Shown here piece after piece: positions 9,460-17,992 of a stretch of 32,000 bases of DNA. Under the pieces are notes generated by a model. That model saw only the letters and a list, made by a program, of their open reading frames with translations. It was not told the DNA's origin and made no database searches. The stretch is from the NCBI RefSeq assembly GCF_000446015.1, contig NC_022093.1:270001-302000 (forward strand), read 5' to 3'. Position numbers and translations under genes: made by a program. Source of the stretch: Thermofilum adornatum (GTDB lineage Archaea; Thermoproteota; Thermoprotei; Thermofilales; Thermofilaceae). Numbering within the stretch: position 1 is the first letter of the stretch; each line of letters begins with the position of its first letter.

Positions 9460-11034
9460 TTAGTCAATTAGCCTTGTTATCCGTCCTATTGCTCTCGTCC
9501 TAGAATCTCTCAGTATTATCCTTGTGTCGGTTTCCAGGTACCAGGGATGGTAGAGAAACCTTAGCCTAACAATCCCCGAATCCCCTGTCCTCATGGGTTC
9601 AAGGCTCATATAAATAAACATTACTGGGCTCCTAATCGAGTGGGCATGTAAAACTGTCTGGTATCCTCTTCTAATAGTCGTAGGGTGTTTTAGCACGACG
9701 ATGTGTGCCTCGAACTCCCATACAGGCTTTAACTCTTGCTGAGTTACTACAAGCCCTTTCTCCAGCTCCTCATAGCTTATTCCAGAAATTGCTAGAGTAG
9801 CTTCTTCGCCAGCCTTAGCTTTGGACGCTACAGTCCTGTTTATGTGAATGGATTTTACACGTATCTTTTTCCATGAAGAATCCTGAAGGGGTCCGATGTA
9901 CACCTCGTCGTCTTCTTTGATTACTCCCCTTTCAATTGTTACAGCCACTACGGGTCCAACGCCTTTCACATCGTATACATCGCTAACATATGCTAGAAGT
10001 GGCTTGTCGATGTTCTCGTTCCACCTGAGCCTGGGTGGTAGAAGGTTTAAAAACTCTGTTAAGATGCTTAGTCCTTCGCCTGTTGTGTTTGATATTAGAA
10101 ATATTGGGACGACGCGTCCACTCGGCATTAATTCGACTAGCCTGTACACATCCCCTAAAGTCTTTACGACGACAGGCTTTCTGTCTACCCTCCTGAGAGT
10201 TTCAACCGTATCAATGAGGGTGGCTTCTAGAACCTTTTTATCCACCAAATCTATTTTTGTCAACACGATGAAGACTGGGATACGTAGGGCAAGTCCTACG
10301 CCTAGATGTTCCCTCCCCATCACCTGTAAACCAGAATTAGCGGCGACAACAAGCATTATGTAGTCTGGTAGACGCGCCATTACTCCCCTAAGCGCAGTTC
10401 TCAGATACCTTTCGTGCCCTCCAACATCTACAAAGTAGACAACCTTCTTAGAAGACAAATATATCTGTGCTTCATCTAGTGGGTTTGGAAGGTTCCAGTT
10501 TATTGGCCGGCCGTCCATGTCGAATCCAAGCAGTCTTACAACAACGGAGGAAGTTCTACCCGTGACTATTTCATGTTCGAACCTTGCAATTTTTCTCATG
10601 CTTCTTCCTCTTCCATCATCAAGTTCACCCGTGCAGAGGGTACCTATCGTTGTGCTTTTCCCCGCGTCCACGTTCCCCATAACAGCTATCGTTGTCTGAA
10701 CAGGTGGAGACTCCTCCCTGCCTACCCGCACGAGAACTCTAACTAGACTCCTGTTTCCGACTGGGGCTTTCTCGAGGACTCTTATTTTTGCCCCTATTTT
10801 TCCTGCAACGTCGTCTAATATTTGGAGGGTTTCTTCTTCCTCTTGTGGCGTCAAACCAATTGGTGTCCCATCATCGTCAAACCCAAGAAGATATATTGCC
10901 TCGCCCCCGCCCTCAAACAGCCTGTAACGCATCTGTGAAGCTAGATTCTCTATTCTTTCTGGGTTGTTACACGAGAGCCTAGACTTGTACTCGATGGCTC
11001 CCGTCTCATTTTCTTTTGGAAGTTTAGAGGACAT
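9460..11034 (-). CDS. GTPBP1-like translational-type GTPase (EF-Tu/EF-1A superfamily)
   Basis: 524 aa. G1 GNVDAGKST, G3 DVGGHERY, G4 TKIDL. N-terminal GAIEYKS...EGGGEAIYLLG domain and C-terminal beta-barrel domains as in archaeal/eukaryotic GTPBP1 homologs. Confidence 0.85.
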   Translation of the reverse strand: MSSKLPKENETGAIEYKSRLSCNNPERIENLASQMRYRLFEGGGEAIYLLGFDDDGTPIGLTPQEEEETLQILDDVAGKIGAKIRVLEKAPVGNRSLVRVLVRVGREESPPVQTTIAVMGNVDAGKSTTIGTLCTGELDDGRGRSMRKIARFEHEIVTGRTSSVVVRLLGFDMDGRPINWNLPNPLDEAQIYLSSKKVVYFVDVGGHERYLRTALRGVMARLPDYIMLVVAANSGLQVMGREHLGVGLALRIPVFIVLTKIDLVDKKVLEATLIDTVETLRRVDRKPVVVKTLGDVYRLVELMPSGRVVPIFLISNTTGEGLSILTEFLNLLPPRLRWNENIDKPLLAYVSDVYDVKGVGPVVAVTIERGVIKEDDEVYIGPLQDSSWKKIRVKSIHINRTVASKAKAGEEATLAISGISYEELEKGLVVTQQELKPVWEFEAHIVVLKHPTTIRRGYQTVLHAHSIRSPVMFIYMSLEPMRTGDSGIVRLRFLYHPWYLETDTRIILRDSRTRAIGRITRLID

Positions 11035-11100
11035 TGCTTGCCACTATCTCGAAAATAGAAACTACAATGAATCTAATTAGGCTTTTGTCTTATATGCTTA

Positions 11101-11110
11101 AAAATATAAA
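11101..11110 (+). promoter_or_regulatory. Candidate TATA box for the DUF72-SWIM gene
   Basis: AAAATATAAA lies ~35-45 nt upstream of the TTG start at 11145, in an AT-rich 110-nt divergent spacer. A second TATA-like GATAGTATAG at 11121-11130 is an alternative. Confidence 0.35.
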
Positions 11111-11144
11111 TAGTCTCCCAGCGATAGTATAGTCTAGATGCAAA

Positions 11145-12302
11145 TTGCTTTACCCAAGAATTCTAATAGGGACATCTGGCTGGGACTACGATGACTGGCT
11201 AGATATATTCTATGAGACAGATAGAGGAATGTTCACTTATTATACAAGGTACTTCAGCACAGTAGAAATAAACTCTTCTTTCTATACTCTCCTAAGCGAG
11301 AAGTTCTATAAGGGGCTGTCCGAGTCCTCGCCAAGCGAGTTCTTGTTTTCTCTAAAAATGTATAGAGGAGTAACGCATAAACACATGCTTAACCCCAAGC
11401 TTATAGGCGACGAGTTCGACGCTTTCTTCAAATCTATTGCGCCGCTTAAAGAGGCAAAAAAGCTCGGAGCCATACTTATACAGATGCCTCCAGTACCAAG
11501 GGAAAAAGTACCCTGGTTCGATTCTTTCCTGGATTTATTACCGAAGGGCTACAGATATGCTGTAGAGTTCAGGGACCCCTCTTGGCTTGAAAAAGACATT
11601 TACAAGACACTAGAAGAACGGGGAATCGCCTATACAGTCGTAGATGAACCATTATTGCCTCCACTGATTCTGAAAACTTCAAACTTTCTCTACATTAGGT
11701 GGCATGGCAGGGGAGAAAGCCCCTGGTATTATTATCACTATTCAATCGAAGAGCTCAGCGAGTGGGCGAAGAGACTCCAAGACTTTCTCAGCAGAGAAAA
11801 CGTAGACCTTATTCTAGGATACTTCAATAACCACTTCAGAGGATTTGCTCCCCACAACGCCTTGCAAATGATGACATTACTTGGGATTACGAATAGGAGG
11901 CAAAGAGAAAAGCTTCAAGAAATGGATAAATACTTTAAGTCTCTGCCTCAGAAGGTTTTAAAAAGCCTTAGAGAAATTGTTGCAAAGGGAGACCTTGAGG
12001 GTGCTCTCGTGTTTCTCGCCGGTGAGAAGAGGTTTGAACGTTCCAAAGAAATAAGTGATGAGAATGTGAGTTTTAAGATCAAGGGCGAAAGTATTGTAGC
12101 AACAGTAAAGAACTACAGGGTTGAAATAGACGTTAAGAACAGGAGAATTTTTCATGACTGTGAGGATTGGAAAAAGTCCGCCGAGTCGAAACGCTTCTGC
12201 AAGCACCTCGTCAAGCTTTTTCTAAAAATGCCACGCGATATTTCCCTCAAAATCCTTGAGGACATCGCCGGCAATATTGATGACTGGAGCTTCGAATATT
12301 AG
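11145..12302 (+). CDS. DUF72 domain protein with a C-terminal SWIM-like zinc-finger extension
   Basis: 385 aa. The N-terminal ~250 aa are DUF72 (GTSGWDYDDW, FYTL, IQMPP, RDPSW, RWHG). The C-terminus has YRVEIDVKNRRIFHDCEDWKKSAESKRFCKHLVKLFL, which is a SWIM-like beta-beta-alpha pattern ending in CKH, with H-x-C in place of the first C-x-C. TTG start. Confidence 0.78.
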   Translation: MLYPRILIGTSGWDYDDWLDIFYETDRGMFTYYTRYFSTVEINSSFYTLLSEKFYKGLSESSPSEFLFSLKMYRGVTHKHMLNPKLIGDEFDAFFKSIAPLKEAKKLGAILIQMPPVPREKVPWFDSFLDLLPKGYRYAVEFRDPSWLEKDIYKTLEERGIAYTVVDEPLLPPLILKTSNFLYIRWHGRGESPWYYYHYSIEELSEWAKRLQDFLSRENVDLILGYFNNHFRGFAPHNALQMMTLLGITNRRQREKLQEMDKYFKSLPQKVLKSLREIVAKGDLEGALVFLAGEKRFERSKEISDENVSFKIKGESIVATVKNYRVEIDVKNRRIFHDCEDWKKSAESKRFCKHLVKLFLKMPRDISLKILEDIAGNIDDWSFEY

Positions 12303-12910
12303 CCTTTTATTTGCAAGAGTGCTTCCTTCAGGGATGGGCTTGCTAACACAAGCCTACATCCGTCACTAGAGGAAACTAAAATGTATTCTTCTTTCTTATA
12401 GGCAAAGACCGTGAGGGCTGCCGTAACTGCATCCAAGAGGTCTCCATCTCTTGATTCTGGGAACCTTAAGCCCAAACGCCTCAAACCCAGGTAGAGTTTC
12501 TCTCGGCTTTTATTTTTCCTTGGAAGACCAAGCATGTCCTGTGTGCCCCCGGGATATATCTCTATGACTTCGTACCCTCTTTTTTCTAGTTCGCTTCTAA
12601 GCTGTATAGCCCTAAGCGTTAGTGACCTCATACCTTCAAACAGGGGTGAAAAAGCCCTTATACCAAGCCTCCGCAAGGCCTTTTCACAGAGCCTATAGTA
12701 TCCTTTCTGTGGAAACGAGAGAGGAGCATCTATACCTACAGCTTCTGGGGAATATTCTTCAACTTTTTCCACCAATTCGTCGTCATGCTTGAAAAAGCCA
12801 GTTACACACGTAAGGTCTTCGTAGAGAACAGCATATGCAGACTTCTTTTTAAGTGACGCAGACAAGTCTACTCCAAAAAAGGTCTTCATAAATGGAGAAT
12901 TGGTCAGCAT
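12299..12910 (-). CDS. DUF429 / COG2410-like predicted RNase H-fold nuclease
   Basis: 203 aa. FFGVDLS near the N-terminus, then GIDAPLSFP, EIYPGG and LLDAVTAALT, in the order expected for DUF429 proteins. Called from motif memory only. Confidence 0.6.
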   Translation of the reverse strand: MLTNSPFMKTFFGVDLSASLKKKSAYAVLYEDLTCVTGFFKHDDELVEKVEEYSPEAVGIDAPLSFPQKGYYRLCEKALRRLGIRAFSPLFEGMRSLTLRAIQLRSELEKRGYEVIEIYPGGTQDMLGLPRKNKSREKLYLGLRRLGLRFPESRDGDLLDAVTAALTVFAYKKEEYILVSSSDGCRLVLASPSLKEALLQIKG

Positions 12911-12932
12911 GCAAAAATAAGTTTAGCTGGCG

Positions 12933-13448
12933 CTATTTTGGAAGAGTTACTCCCCTTTGTCCCTGGTATCTGCCCTTGTATGGAACTGGCTCCCCAACAA
13001 GCTTATAGAAGGCTACATGGGCGAATCTTTGTCCTTTTCTCAGGATTATTGGGAAAGCTCCTCCATGTATCTCAATTGTCACCTGGCCTTCGAAGCCTGC
13101 GTCTATTAATGTTGGAGGGACAGAGACTCCGAGCCGGGCGAAGGTGCTCCTGACACCTATTAGTGCACCTACGTCTTCGGGCATCTTGATGTATTCAAGC
13201 GTGGTGACGAGAACCTTCATATAGGGCTGTAACACGAAGTTGTCTGCCTTGAAGATTTTATAGTACTGGGAGAGATCTATTTCCCTGAGTTTTTCTGGGT
13301 CTATTGGCTCTGGATTATTAAGAAGAATTGCTATTTCATCTCCTATACGAAGATCGACGCCGTTTTCGCGGACAATTTCCTCGCTGTAGGGTTCAATCTT
13401 GAGCTTGCCCTCTTTTATCAGCTTCTTTATCTCGGCTCCTGAAAGCAT
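12933..13448 (-). CDS. dcd: dCTP deaminase / dUTPase family protein (Dcd-type trimeric fold)
   Basis: 171 aa. N-terminal LSGAEIKKLI...KIEPY, ENGVDLRIG, and DAGFEGQVTIEI with the conserved Glu. I cannot separate deaminase from dUTPase activity by eye. Confidence 0.82.
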   Translation of the reverse strand: MLSGAEIKKLIKEGKLKIEPYSEEIVRENGVDLRIGDEIAILLNNPEPIDPEKLREIDLSQYYKIFKADNFVLQPYMKVLVTTLEYIKMPEDVGALIGVRSTFARLGVSVPPTLIDAGFEGQVTIEIHGGAFPIILRKGQRFAHVAFYKLVGEPVPYKGRYQGQRGVTLPK

Positions 13449-13524
13449 GGCTCTTCACATCGTGGTTAAAACAGACCTCGAATTTCAAGGTTTTCGTTAA
13501 AACCGAAGGGTGACGAAACAGTAC

Positions 13525-14241
13525 TCACTTTTGAGGCTTGTTTTTGTAGTAGCAACATAGAGCTGACACAGGACAAACATTGCACTTGGGATTTCTTGGC
13601 AGGCAAAAGGTTCTCCCGAGCTTTATCAAGTAGAGGTGCGCCTCTAGACGTTTTTCTGGCGAGAAAACTTTGTGTAGGTGTGCTTGCATTTTTTCGTAGC
13701 TACCTGGTGGCGCTAGACCTATTCTAATTGATGTTCTCTTTACGTGGGTGTCTATTGGTAAAACGGGGTAGCCATAGTTTGCAAGGAGAACGTCTATTGT
13801 TTTTGAGCCTATTCCGCGAATTTTTCCCAGTTCCTCCTTTACTTTTTCTGGTCCCTGTTTAAGGAGCAATTCTATCTGGCAACCATAGTTTTCCATGAGA
13901 AACAATGCTAATGATTTTATGGCTTGGGATTTCTGCGCATAGAGCCCTGCAGGTTTAATGGCTTCTGCTATTTTCTGCACGTCTGTCTGTGAAAGCTTGG
14001 CGCACTCTACGCCGATACGGCGTTCAAGCTCGCCGAAGGCTCTGTATGTGTTTTTTTCGTTGGTGTTTTGGGAAATTATTGTAGCTATTAGTGTCCTGAA
14101 GTAGTCCTTTGTCTGGGCCAGCTCGTAAGCGATAAAGTCTCCCTGCTCAATCCTTAGTTCTTGTTTAAGCTTTTCCAACAGTCTATCTCCAACTTCGGGC
14201 TCATCATGTAGACATTGACTATGTTGGCGCCAAGTTTTCAT
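13525..14241 (-). CDS. nth: Endonuclease III family DNA glycosylase (HhH-GPD with 4Fe-4S loop)
   Basis: 238 aa. HhH motif LGKIRGIGSKTIDVLL, catalytic-region PIDTHVKR, and a C-terminal C-x6-C-x2-C-x5-C cluster (CLPRNPKCNVCPVSALC). An alternative TTG start at 14178 would lengthen the divergent spacer to surE. Confidence 0.9.
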   Translation of the reverse strand: MKTWRQHSQCLHDEPEVGDRLLEKLKQELRIEQGDFIAYELAQTKDYFRTLIATIISQNTNEKNTYRAFGELERRIGVECAKLSQTDVQKIAEAIKPAGLYAQKSQAIKSLALFLMENYGCQIELLLKQGPEKVKEELGKIRGIGSKTIDVLLANYGYPVLPIDTHVKRTSIRIGLAPPGSYEKMQAHLHKVFSPEKRLEAHLYLIKLGRTFCLPRNPKCNVCPVSALCCYYKNKPQK

Positions 14242-14263
14242 ATCCCCCGTTTCATTCTAGGCT

Positions 14264-15043
14264 GTGGACAATAAACGTATCGTGCTGGTTAACGACGACG
14301 GCCCCGAAAGCCCAGGCTTATTGGCCCTAGCTGGAGTTCTAAGAAATGCTGGACACGACGTATTCATTGCTACTACTTCGACCCAGAAGAGTGGTTCTTC
14401 AAAATCAGTTTCTTTTGAGGTACGTTATTCTTTGGGGGAGCTCAACGGCTATAAAGCGTTGATTGTTGATGGGACGCCAGCCAGTGCTGTTACAATAGCG
14501 CTAACAGTCCTGAGGGTGCCGGCCGACATAATCATTAGCGGTATAAATCTTGGACCCAATCTGGGTCTATGGGATATACTATCTTCGGGAACAGTTGGAG
14601 CAGTATTAGAGGGGGCCTTGTTTGGAAAGCCCGGTGTAGCTGTCTCACTTGTAGCAGAGAATAGCTCAAAATACGAAAAACTCGGCTTTACTGAATATGA
14701 AAATGCCGCCGGCGTCCTGTTAAGGATCCTTGATTTTCTAGAGTGGAGTTTTCCATGTGATGCTCTGAACATAAATATACCCTTGGAGAGAAGTGGAGAA
14801 GTAAAGGTAACTATACCCGAGAGAACTCCCCCCAGAAACCTTTACATGTGCAAAGATAATGCATGTAGAATGGGTCATTGGAGTCTAGACAATAGCTATC
14901 CCTGTGTAGACAGTATTAGCGATATATGTGCAGTTAAAAATGGAGCAATATCTGTTACGCCGCTCTTTATAGATTCATTCGGAAAAAGAGGCATGGATAT
15001 AGTTGAGAAGCTTCAAAACTTATTTTTAAATAAGAGATTCTAA
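14264..15043 (+). CDS. surE: 5'/3'-nucleotidase SurE
   Basis: 259 aa. IVLVNDDGPESPGL and SGINLGPNLG signatures. GTG start. Confidence 0.9.
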   Translation: MDNKRIVLVNDDGPESPGLLALAGVLRNAGHDVFIATTSTQKSGSSKSVSFEVRYSLGELNGYKALIVDGTPASAVTIALTVLRVPADIIISGINLGPNLGLWDILSSGTVGAVLEGALFGKPGVAVSLVAENSSKYEKLGFTEYENAAGVLLRILDFLEWSFPCDALNINIPLERSGEVKVTIPERTPPRNLYMCKDNACRMGHWSLDNSYPCVDSISDICAVKNGAISVTPLFIDSFGKRGMDIVEKLQNLFLNKRF

Positions 15044-15056
15044 ATGGTGAAGCTGT

Positions 15057-16400
15057 ATGACAGAAAAAGTAGACGTAGCCATAATTGGTGGAGGCCCCGC
15101 TGGGATGACAGCTGCTTCAAGGATAAAGAGAATTAACCCAAAGCTGAGGGTAGTTGTTTTCGAGAGAAGCAACTATGTGAGTTATGCCCCATGCGGATTA
15201 CCCTATTACCTGGGAGGAATCGTCAAGGAATTGGACCAGCTAGTTCATTACCCGTTGCGGGTTTTCACCGAGGAAAGAGGAATAGAAGTACACATTAAGA
15301 CTACTGTTACTGAGCTTGGCCCCGGATACTTGAAGGCGAGAAACAGTGATGGAGAGAAAACATATGAGTGGAATAAGCTCTTAATAGCAACGGGCGCAAG
15401 ACCAAAGATTCCCAAGGTAGACGGCATCAATTTGCCAGGAGTTTTTACTCTGAGAATTCTAGAAGACGGCGAATCGGCAAGAAAATACCTTCAAAACGTA
15501 AACACGGTCGCAATCGTGGGTGGCGGATACATCGGCCTGGAGCTCGCCGAAAACCTGAAAAACTTGGGTAAAAAAGTCCTACTGTTTGAGCTTTTGCCCC
15601 ATGTTTTGCCCGCTGTGGACCCAGATATAGCCGTCCAAATCGAGAAGGAACTCGTAAGTAACGGGGTTGAGCTTCACCTAGGGGAGGGCCTAAAGGCTAT
15701 CCACGGAAAGGAAAGAGTTGAAAGTCTAGAAACCACAAATGGAGAATACAAAGTGGAAGCAGTATTCATTGCTACTGGTATCGCTCCTGAAACAAGCCTC
15801 GGCGAGATGCTTGGAGTCAAGAAGGGTGCCACAGGTGCTCTCAGTGTAGACAAGGCTATGCGTACAAATGTCGAAAATGTATTTGCCGCTGGAGACGTCG
15901 CTGAAGCCATAAACCTTGTAACAGGAAAGCCAGACTGGTTCCCGCTCGCGCCAGTAGCGAACAAGATGGGCTATGTAGCCGGTGCGACAATGTCTGGCAT
16001 AGACGCGGAGTTTCCAGGCGCAGTTGGAACGTCTGTTACGAGGGTTTTTGGTCTCGAGGTGGGGAGAACAGGACTGACAGAAGAAAGGGCAAGGAGGGAA
16101 GGCTTCGAGCCTGTTTCAGCCACTATCACAAGTAATACTAAAGCCTCATATATCCCGGGAGCCGGACAAGTCACAGTAAAGCTAATCGCGGACGCCAAGA
16201 CCGGCCGCTTGTTAGGAGGACAAATCGTGGGCAAAGACATCCTCGCAAGGATAAATACCCTTGCGACACTACTAGCCATGGGGGCAAAGGTAGAGGATGC
16301 ATTCTTCGCGGATCTAGGATATGCACCACCCTTTGCCCCTGTATGGGACCCACTAATAGTGGCAGCGAGAGTGCTAATGGGAAAAATCAAGGGTCAATAA
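15057..16400 (+). CDS. FAD-dependent pyridine nucleotide-disulfide oxidoreductase, CoA-disulfide reductase / NAD(P)H oxidase type
   Basis: 447 aa. FAD GxGxxG (IIGGGPAGMTAA), single redox Cys in SYAPCGLPYY, NAD(P) GxGxxG (IVGGGYIGLELAE) and AAGDVAE. Confidence 0.85.
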   Translation: MTEKVDVAIIGGGPAGMTAASRIKRINPKLRVVVFERSNYVSYAPCGLPYYLGGIVKELDQLVHYPLRVFTEERGIEVHIKTTVTELGPGYLKARNSDGEKTYEWNKLLIATGARPKIPKVDGINLPGVFTLRILEDGESARKYLQNVNTVAIVGGGYIGLELAENLKNLGKKVLLFELLPHVLPAVDPDIAVQIEKELVSNGVELHLGEGLKAIHGKERVESLETTNGEYKVEAVFIATGIAPETSLGEMLGVKKGATGALSVDKAMRTNVENVFAAGDVAEAINLVTGKPDWFPLAPVANKMGYVAGATMSGIDAEFPGAVGTSVTRVFGLEVGRTGLTEERARREGFEPVSATITSNTKASYIPGAGQVTVKLIADAKTGRLLGGQIVGKDILARINTLATLLAMGAKVEDAFFADLGYAPPFAPVWDPLIVAARVLMGKIKGQ

Positions 16401-16410
16401 CAAACGGGCC

Positions 16411-16968
16411 TCAATACGTATAGCCAGGTTCAGTTGTATTTTCTTTTGTATTTTGTTTCTGCTCGAGCTTTTTCTTTGCTAGATACTCGTAGAGACCCCC
16501 AGTTAAGAGAGACATACCCAGAATAGAAGTAAACATCCCAAAAAGTGTAAGTACATCTGTCACGTTCCTGTCAAATCTAGCGTAATAAAGCGAAATATCA
16601 AGCCTGCTTCTACACGTGGCACAGGTCGATTCAGCCTGAACCCTGTATGGGCTCTCAGGCAATATAATCCATCCGCTCGAGTTTCTCGAGGCGTCTTCAA
16701 GATATAGACCTCCAATAAGGATATCTCTGTCATTGTAGAAGGAAATATTTAGATTGACGTGTCTGTCGCCGGTAATAGAAATGTTGTAGTAGACTTTTTC
16801 AGCTATGTTGTGGCCGAGCAAAGAACCATTTATATTGTGGTCTGGCAGGGAGATGTGTAAAGTCGTCCTCGTACTTGGCGACGCAAGGTAAGATACATAG
16901 AGAGATGAAAAAAGACCTAAAGCCAAAAAAACGAATCCCAAAGAGATAAATAACTTGTACTTCATCAC
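16411..16968 (-). CDS. Hypothetical bitopic membrane protein with an N-glycosylation-sequon-rich ectodomain
   Basis: 185 aa. N-terminal TM (LFISLGFVFLALGLFSSLYV) and C-terminal TM (LTLFGMFTSILGMSLLTGGLY). At least 6 NxS/T sequons lie between them. It starts 22 nt downstream of the ABC ATPase gene on the same strand. No family recognised. Confidence 0.55.
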   Translation of the reverse strand: MMKYKLFISLGFVFLALGLFSSLYVSYLASPSTRTTLHISLPDHNINGSLLGHNIAEKVYYNISITGDRHVNLNISFYNDRDILIGGLYLEDASRNSSGWIILPESPYRVQAESTCATCRSRLDISLYYARFDRNVTDVLTLFGMFTSILGMSLLTGGLYEYLAKKKLEQKQNTKENTTEPGYTY

Positions 16969-16990
16969 GTGGATAAGAAAAATCCTGGAT

Positions 16991-17992
16991 TTAAGCCTTT
17001 GCTCCTGCGTATAGCCAGCACTTTACAAAGTGTTTGGGCTCAACCTCTACTTCTGGGGGTTCCTCGGTTCTGCACTTGCTTGATGCAAAGGGGCATCTAG
17101 GAGCAAACCTGCATCCAGGAGGCGGGTTGACTAGGCTTGGAGGTTCGCCGGGAGGAACTTCTCTAAATTTCTTCCTATTTTCTGGGTCCGGGTCGGGAAT
17201 AGCCGAGAGGAGTGCACGGGTGTATGGATGCAGTGGGTTTTGCAACAGTGTCTTCGTGGGAGCTCTTTCAATTAATTGTGCAGCATACATTATAAAGATC
17301 CACTCGCTGAAGTATCTGGTAGTTGAGAGGTCGTGGGTTATGTAGATGAAGCTGATGTTCCTCTTTTCCTGCATCTCCCGCATCAAAGTTAAGATCTCCA
17401 CCCTAACAGAGGCATCGAGCATCGAGACAGGCTCGTCTGCAACTACTAGGCTTGGCCTAAGTATCAGTGCACGGGCTATTGCGACCCTCTGGAGCTGGCC
17501 ACCGCTAAGCATATGTGGATACTTGAATGCAAAGTCCTCTACAGGGGTAAGCCTAACCTCCTCAAGGGCTTTAAAGACCATTTCTGCCCTCTCTTCCTTG
17601 GTGCCTACTTTGTGTATTATTAGGGGCTCTTCCAGTATCCTATAGATATTCATGAAGGATGGCATCGCTCCATATGGATCCTGCTGAACCAGACCCGTTT
17701 CGCGCTTAAACCACATTAGATCCTTTTCTGGTGTATGCGTTATGTCTTTCCCCTTGAAAATTAGTTTCCCATCCGTAGGCTCATACAATCTCAGAACTGT
17801 TTTTCCAAGCGTAGTCTTGCCGCTTCCAGACTCTCCTACGACAGAGACCGCTTCGCCAGTGCCTAGTTCAAAGGTGACTCCATCAAGGGCTTTTACCTGG
17901 GCGGTTGCGCCAAACAAACCTCTACGTATGGTGAACCATTTCCTGAGGTTCTCAACCTTCAATACTATCCTGTCTTCGCTCATGGTTTTCAC
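16991..17992 (-). CDS. ABC transporter ATP-binding protein, OppF/DppF type
   Basis: 333 aa. Walker A GESGSGKTT, signature LSGGQLQR, Walker B LVVADEP, and an Opp/Dpp C-terminal Cys-rich tail PPGCRFAPRCPFASSKC. The GTG start overlaps the upstream stop (GTGA). Confidence 0.92.
   Translation of the reverse strand: MKTMSEDRIVLKVENLRKWFTIRRGLFGATAQVKALDGVTFELGTGEAVSVVGESGSGKTTLGKTVLRLYEPTDGKLIFKGKDITHTPEKDLMWFKRETGLVQQDPYGAMPSFMNIYRILEEPLIIHKVGTKEERAEMVFKALEEVRLTPVEDFAFKYPHMLSGGQLQRVAIARALILRPSLVVADEPVSMLDASVRVEILTLMREMQEKRNISFIYITHDLSTTRYFSEWIFIMYAAQLIERAPTKTLLQNPLHPYTRALLSAIPDPDPENRKKFREVPPGEPPSLVNPPPGCRFAPRCPFASSKCRTEEPPEVEVEPKHFVKCWLYAGAKA

Noticed and set aside
9896-10363. 155-aa plus-strand ORF, plus smaller ones at 10517-10699 and 10788-10982, inside the GTPase gene
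   Set aside because: These lie antisense to a gene with clear G1/G3/G4 GTPase motifs. The product is Ser/Thr/Pro-rich and low-complexity, which is typical of a shadow ORF.
13509-13565. Possible C/D-box sRNA (GTGACGA ... CTGA about 50 nt apart) at the 3' end of nth
   Set aside because: The C box has a mismatch to RUGAUGA. I could find no internal D'/C' boxes or terminal stem, and most of it lies inside the nth coding sequence.
15674-16390. Minus-strand ORFs of 96 and 139 aa opposite the flavoprotein oxidoreductase gene
   Set aside because: These are antisense shadows of a strongly motif-supported gene. The products are Ala/Ser/Pro-rich with no motifs.
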